Positions 1 to 1,208 of a DNA stretch of 1,208 nucleotides are shown piece after piece. This DNA is from Naegleria gruberi. Lineage: Eukaryota. Location: assembly GCA_000004985.1 (NCBI GenBank), contig GG739500.1, one strand, 5' to 3'. Each line of letters begins with the position of its first letter. The first letter of the stretch is position 1. Both the position numbers and the translations under genes were made by a program. The notes under the pieces were generated by a model, which was not told where the DNA came from, searched no databases, and saw only the letters and a list, made by a program, of their open reading frames with translations.

Positions 1-1
1 T

Positions 2-58
2 GGGTTCGTCTTGATGTTGTTGGTACATGATGGAGAAGTATTGGGAGAGATCAACTGA
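2..58 (+). CDS. Possible C-terminal fragment of an upstream ORF (frame +2) running in from the left edge and ending at TGA 56-58; translation ...GFVLMLLVHDGEVLGEIN*
   Basis: Frame +2 is open from the window edge to TGA at 56-58. The first 60 nt are markedly less AT-rich (25/60 G+C, 20 G) than the rest. The stop is followed at once by a T/A-tract block containing TTTTTATA, as in yeast-type 3' UTRs. Only 18 codons are visible and no similarity is recognisable. The antisense frame (93->1) is also open, so the strand is not certain. Confidence 0.2.
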   Translation, partial: GFVLMLLVHDGEVLGEIN

Positions 59-96
59 TTTTTTAAAAAAAGTTTTTTTAAAAATAGTTTTTTTTA
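59..96. repeat. Alternating oligo(dT)/oligo(dA) block T6A7-G-T7A5-TAG-T8A, effectively two about 15-bp units AAAAA(A)GTTTTTTT; includes TTTTTATA at 91-98
   Basis: Read directly: t59-64, a65-71, g72, t73-79, a80-84, tag 85-87, t88-95, a96. Each TnAn unit is self-complementary. There is no GC-rich stem, so it is not an intrinsic terminator. Confidence 0.9.
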
Positions 97-158
97 TAGA
101 GTCACACTAATCGAAATTGACATTAATGTCATATTACAATGTAAAATAGGGGAGTCAC
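96..158. repeat. Direct repeat ATAG(N0-3)AGTCAC: ATAGAGTCAC at 96-105 and ATAGGGGAGTCAC at 146-158; the reverse complement of GAGTCA is TGACTC, the Gcn4/AP-1-type core
   Basis: GAGTCAC occurs at 99-105 and 152-158, each immediately preceded by ATAG, 53 bp apart. GAGTC is also a GANTC site. Confidence 0.5.
118..131. promoter_or_regulatory. Perfect 14-bp palindrome TGACATTAATGTCA, a candidate dimeric DNA-binding-protein site; its left half forms TTGACA (117-122), identical to the sigma70 -35 consensus
   Basis: Positions 118-131 are exactly self-complementary. The flanks 117 and 132 are t/t, so the palindrome does not extend. TAAAAT (142-147, 5/6 to TATAAT) lies 19 bp downstream of TTGACA. Confidence 0.35.
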
Positions 159-570
159 CTGTCGATCATCAGTGAAAGAAAGATTGGACTGTTGATTCCA
201 ATTTCAAATTTCATTGTTCATTAGGAATTTCTTCAATTAGGGATTGTTGGCAATACTCTATATCAATACTATTACATCATTTTGTGAAAATATACATTTG
301 CTTCATATCTTCCAAACTTTCGAATAGTACTAGTGTACAAATACTATCTTCATTATGATTTCAAAACTACAAAGAACGAATTTTCACTTCACCTTTTTAT
401 CAGGTAAATTTCAGATCAACGTTTTATGAACTCTCTACCAAAAAAATCCGGTCAACATATTATTGATGCCTCGATTAAAATAGTAACTTACACAAAAGAT
501 GAAAAGGAAATTATAACCTAACATTAACTGGACTGTTCTTCATTATGTGCTAGTGTTTTAGATGTATAAT

Positions 571-607
571 AGAACACGCGTACATGTATCATATCATCGT
601 GTGTTCT
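571..607. repeat. Inverted repeat / stem-loop: AGAACACGCG (571-580) paired with CGTGTGTTCT (598-607), a 10-bp stem with one G-T(U) pair, around a 17-nt loop TACATGTATCATATCAT
   Basis: Arm complementarity checked base by base. It is the most GC-rich local element in an AT-rich stretch (contains ACGCGT). The loop holds the ACATGT palindrome and an ATCAT-ATCAT direct repeat. No T-tract follows, so it is not a Rho-independent terminator. Confidence 0.6.
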
Positions 608-731
608 CAGAAACTAACAACGCAAAACCAAGTGGGTATCTAGTCAGTAGCTATTTGTTAGTAATTCTCCTTAATAACTAAGCAATTTTGCAAGTGAGAT
701 TTGGTCTTGTGAATAACCATCTGGAATTAAT

Positions 732-979
732 GTATGTTATGATTTACCAGTGTGTTAATTCTGTTAGTTTCTACATTTATCAATATTACTATACGGTAAA
801 ACTGGTTGGTGGTAGTCAATCGTATTGATGTGGCGTTTTGATCCTTCGATATCTCGTTTGATGTATATCCATGCTACAACATATATTGTGATTATGAGAC
901 CTTCTTAACTCTACGGCCAACTTGATACTCCTATGGTTCTTGATTTATCCAAAACAATTACTAACTGTTTACATGTTAG
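732..979 (+). other. Yeast-type intron signal set: 5' splice-site word GTATGT (732-737; ATG at 730-732 overlaps it), branch-point word TACTAAC (959-965), first downstream YAG = TAG (977-979)
   Basis: Exact consensus words in the correct order. Spacing is 227 nt from 5' site to branch point and about 14 nt from branch point to AG. However, all three frames downstream of 979 reach stops within about 35 nt, so no second exon is visible. Confidence 0.15.
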
Positions 980-1104
980 TTTAACTGAACACATTGTTTG
1001 TTCATAGAAATTAGATACCATAATAGCATGCAATATGAACCCTAGCAAGTCACAGTGGTGATAACGCTGTTGTTGCTTCTGTGATCTTACGTTATGGTCT
1101 TACC

Positions 1105-1113
1105 AAAAAAAAA
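1105..1113. repeat. A9 homopolymer; the flanking region 1133-1175 contains T6, T7 and T6 tracts
   Basis: a1105-1113; t1135-1140; t1148-1154; t1170-1175, all read directly. Poly(dA:dT) tracts upstream of a candidate ATG are typical of nucleosome-depleted promoter regions in AT-rich eukaryotes. Confidence 0.8.
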
Positions 1114-1178
1114 TTAGTATTGGTTTGGCATTTGTTTTTTACAAGGATTTTTTTGGCTGAAAGTGATGCTTTTTTAGA

Positions 1179-1184
1179 AATAAA
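1179..1184 (+). promoter_or_regulatory. AATAAA hexamer, followed 15 nt later by CA (1199-1200) and a GT/T-rich tail TGAGTTTT: a canonical metazoan-style cleavage/polyadenylation arrangement, weak evidence
   Basis: This is the only AATAAA on either strand of the window. A T6 tract lies just upstream. AATAAA is frequent by chance in AT-rich DNA, and this reading conflicts with the ATG-start reading below. Confidence 0.15.
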
Positions 1185-1199
1185 CAGAGTACTTAAGGC

Positions 1200-1208
1200 A
1201 TGAGTTTT
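1200..1208 (+). CDS. Possible start of a downstream ORF: ATG AGT TTT (M-S-F) running off the right edge, directly after an in-frame TAA at 1194-1196
   Basis: Only 3 codons are visible, with a purine at -3 (g1197). T-rich and A-rich tracts lie 30-100 nt upstream. Nothing else supports it. Confidence 0.12.

Noticed and set aside
404-414. CAG|GTAAAT donor-like and TTTCAG acceptor-like words only 9 nt apart (nematode-style splice signals)
   Set aside because: The spacing is impossible for an intron, and neither word is supported by an adjoining open exon. It is probably coincidental.
420-433. ARS consensus (WTTTAYRTTTW) candidates, e.g. TTTTATGAACT at 422-432 and others
   Set aside because: The best matches are 8-9/11. 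No perfect ACS lies on either strand.
571-607. Rho-independent terminator at the 571-607 hairpin or the 59-96 T/A block
   Set aside because: The hairpin is not followed by a U-tract. The T/A block has no GC-rich stem.
682-828. Standard-code ORF in frame +1 (M at 730: MYVMIYQCVNSVSFYIYQYYYTVKLVGGSQSY*) and a stop-free frame +1 run at 1039-1200
   Set aside because: Only 32 codons lie after the ATG, and they are Tyr/Ile-rich low-complexity sequence. The 1039-1200 run has no ATG. Both are within chance expectation for AT-rich DNA.
245-881. LTR-like termini TGTTGG (245-250) ... CAACA (877-881), with ATACGGT reminiscent of yeast Ty LTRs at 792-798
   Set aside because: There is no target-site duplication (GGGAT versus TATAT). 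There are no internal LTR hallmarks and no second LTR copy. The similarity to Ty delta/sigma is only a few scattered words.
708-953. DnaA-box-like 9-mers: TGTGAATAA at 708-716 (reverse complement TTATTCACA, fits TTATNCACA) and TTATCCAAA at 945-953 (one mismatch); a possible oriC
   Set aside because: About 0.1 perfect matches and about 2 one-mismatch matches are expected by chance in 1.2 kb of this composition. There is no cluster of three or more boxes, and no flanking dnaA/dnaN-like coding sequence.
656-982. TGTTAGT(TT) occurring three times (656-662, 763-771, 974-982)
   Set aside because: AT-rich 7-mers recur often in sequence of this composition. After multiple-testing over all k-mers this is not significant. 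There is no consistent flanking context.
1043-1110. tRNA A-box-like word AGTGGTG at 1054-1060 (and GGGTTCG at 2-8 resembling a B-box start)
   Set aside because: No B box (GGTTCGANTCC) lies 30-45 nt downstream of the A-box-like word. No cloverleaf-compatible stems are present. No acceptor or CCA context is seen.
1-1208. CRISPR array, tandem-repeat array, or defence-system gene cluster
   Set aside because: There are no regularly spaced direct repeats of 24-48 bp. The only tandem structure is the T/A tract at 59-96. No ORF is long enough to encode a defence protein under the standard code.

Overview
The window is 1208 bp, AT-rich (about 31.6% G+C by hand count, roughly 21 CpG, observed/expected about 0.7) and shows no convincing protein-coding gene. 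Every reading frame on both strands is broken by standard stop codons, and no ATG-initiated standard-code ORF longer than about 32 codons (730-828, frame +1) lies wholly inside the window (longest stop-free stretch about 60 codons, frame +2, 176-355, no ATG). The best reading is a non-coding, probably intergenic or UTR-type region, possibly eukaryotic and yeast-like. It may be flanked by the last 18 codons of an upstream ORF (2-58, +) and by a possible start codon at the right edge (ATG 1200-1202). I see no CRISPR array, rRNA or tRNA gene, transposase gene or identifiable defence-system gene, so the undescribed coding system the prompt suggests is not supported by this sequence. The content is short cis-element-like features: a 14-bp perfect palindrome, a 10-bp-stem hairpin, an oligo(dT)/oligo(dA) block, three short recurring motifs, and yeast-like splice and 3'-end-processing words. 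Two statistical oddities point to a possible non-standard genetic code. Frame +2 has no TAA or TAG for its first 158 codons, only in-frame TGA. Frame +3 has no TGA for 257 codons. All calls come from reading the sequence by hand; no database search was possible.
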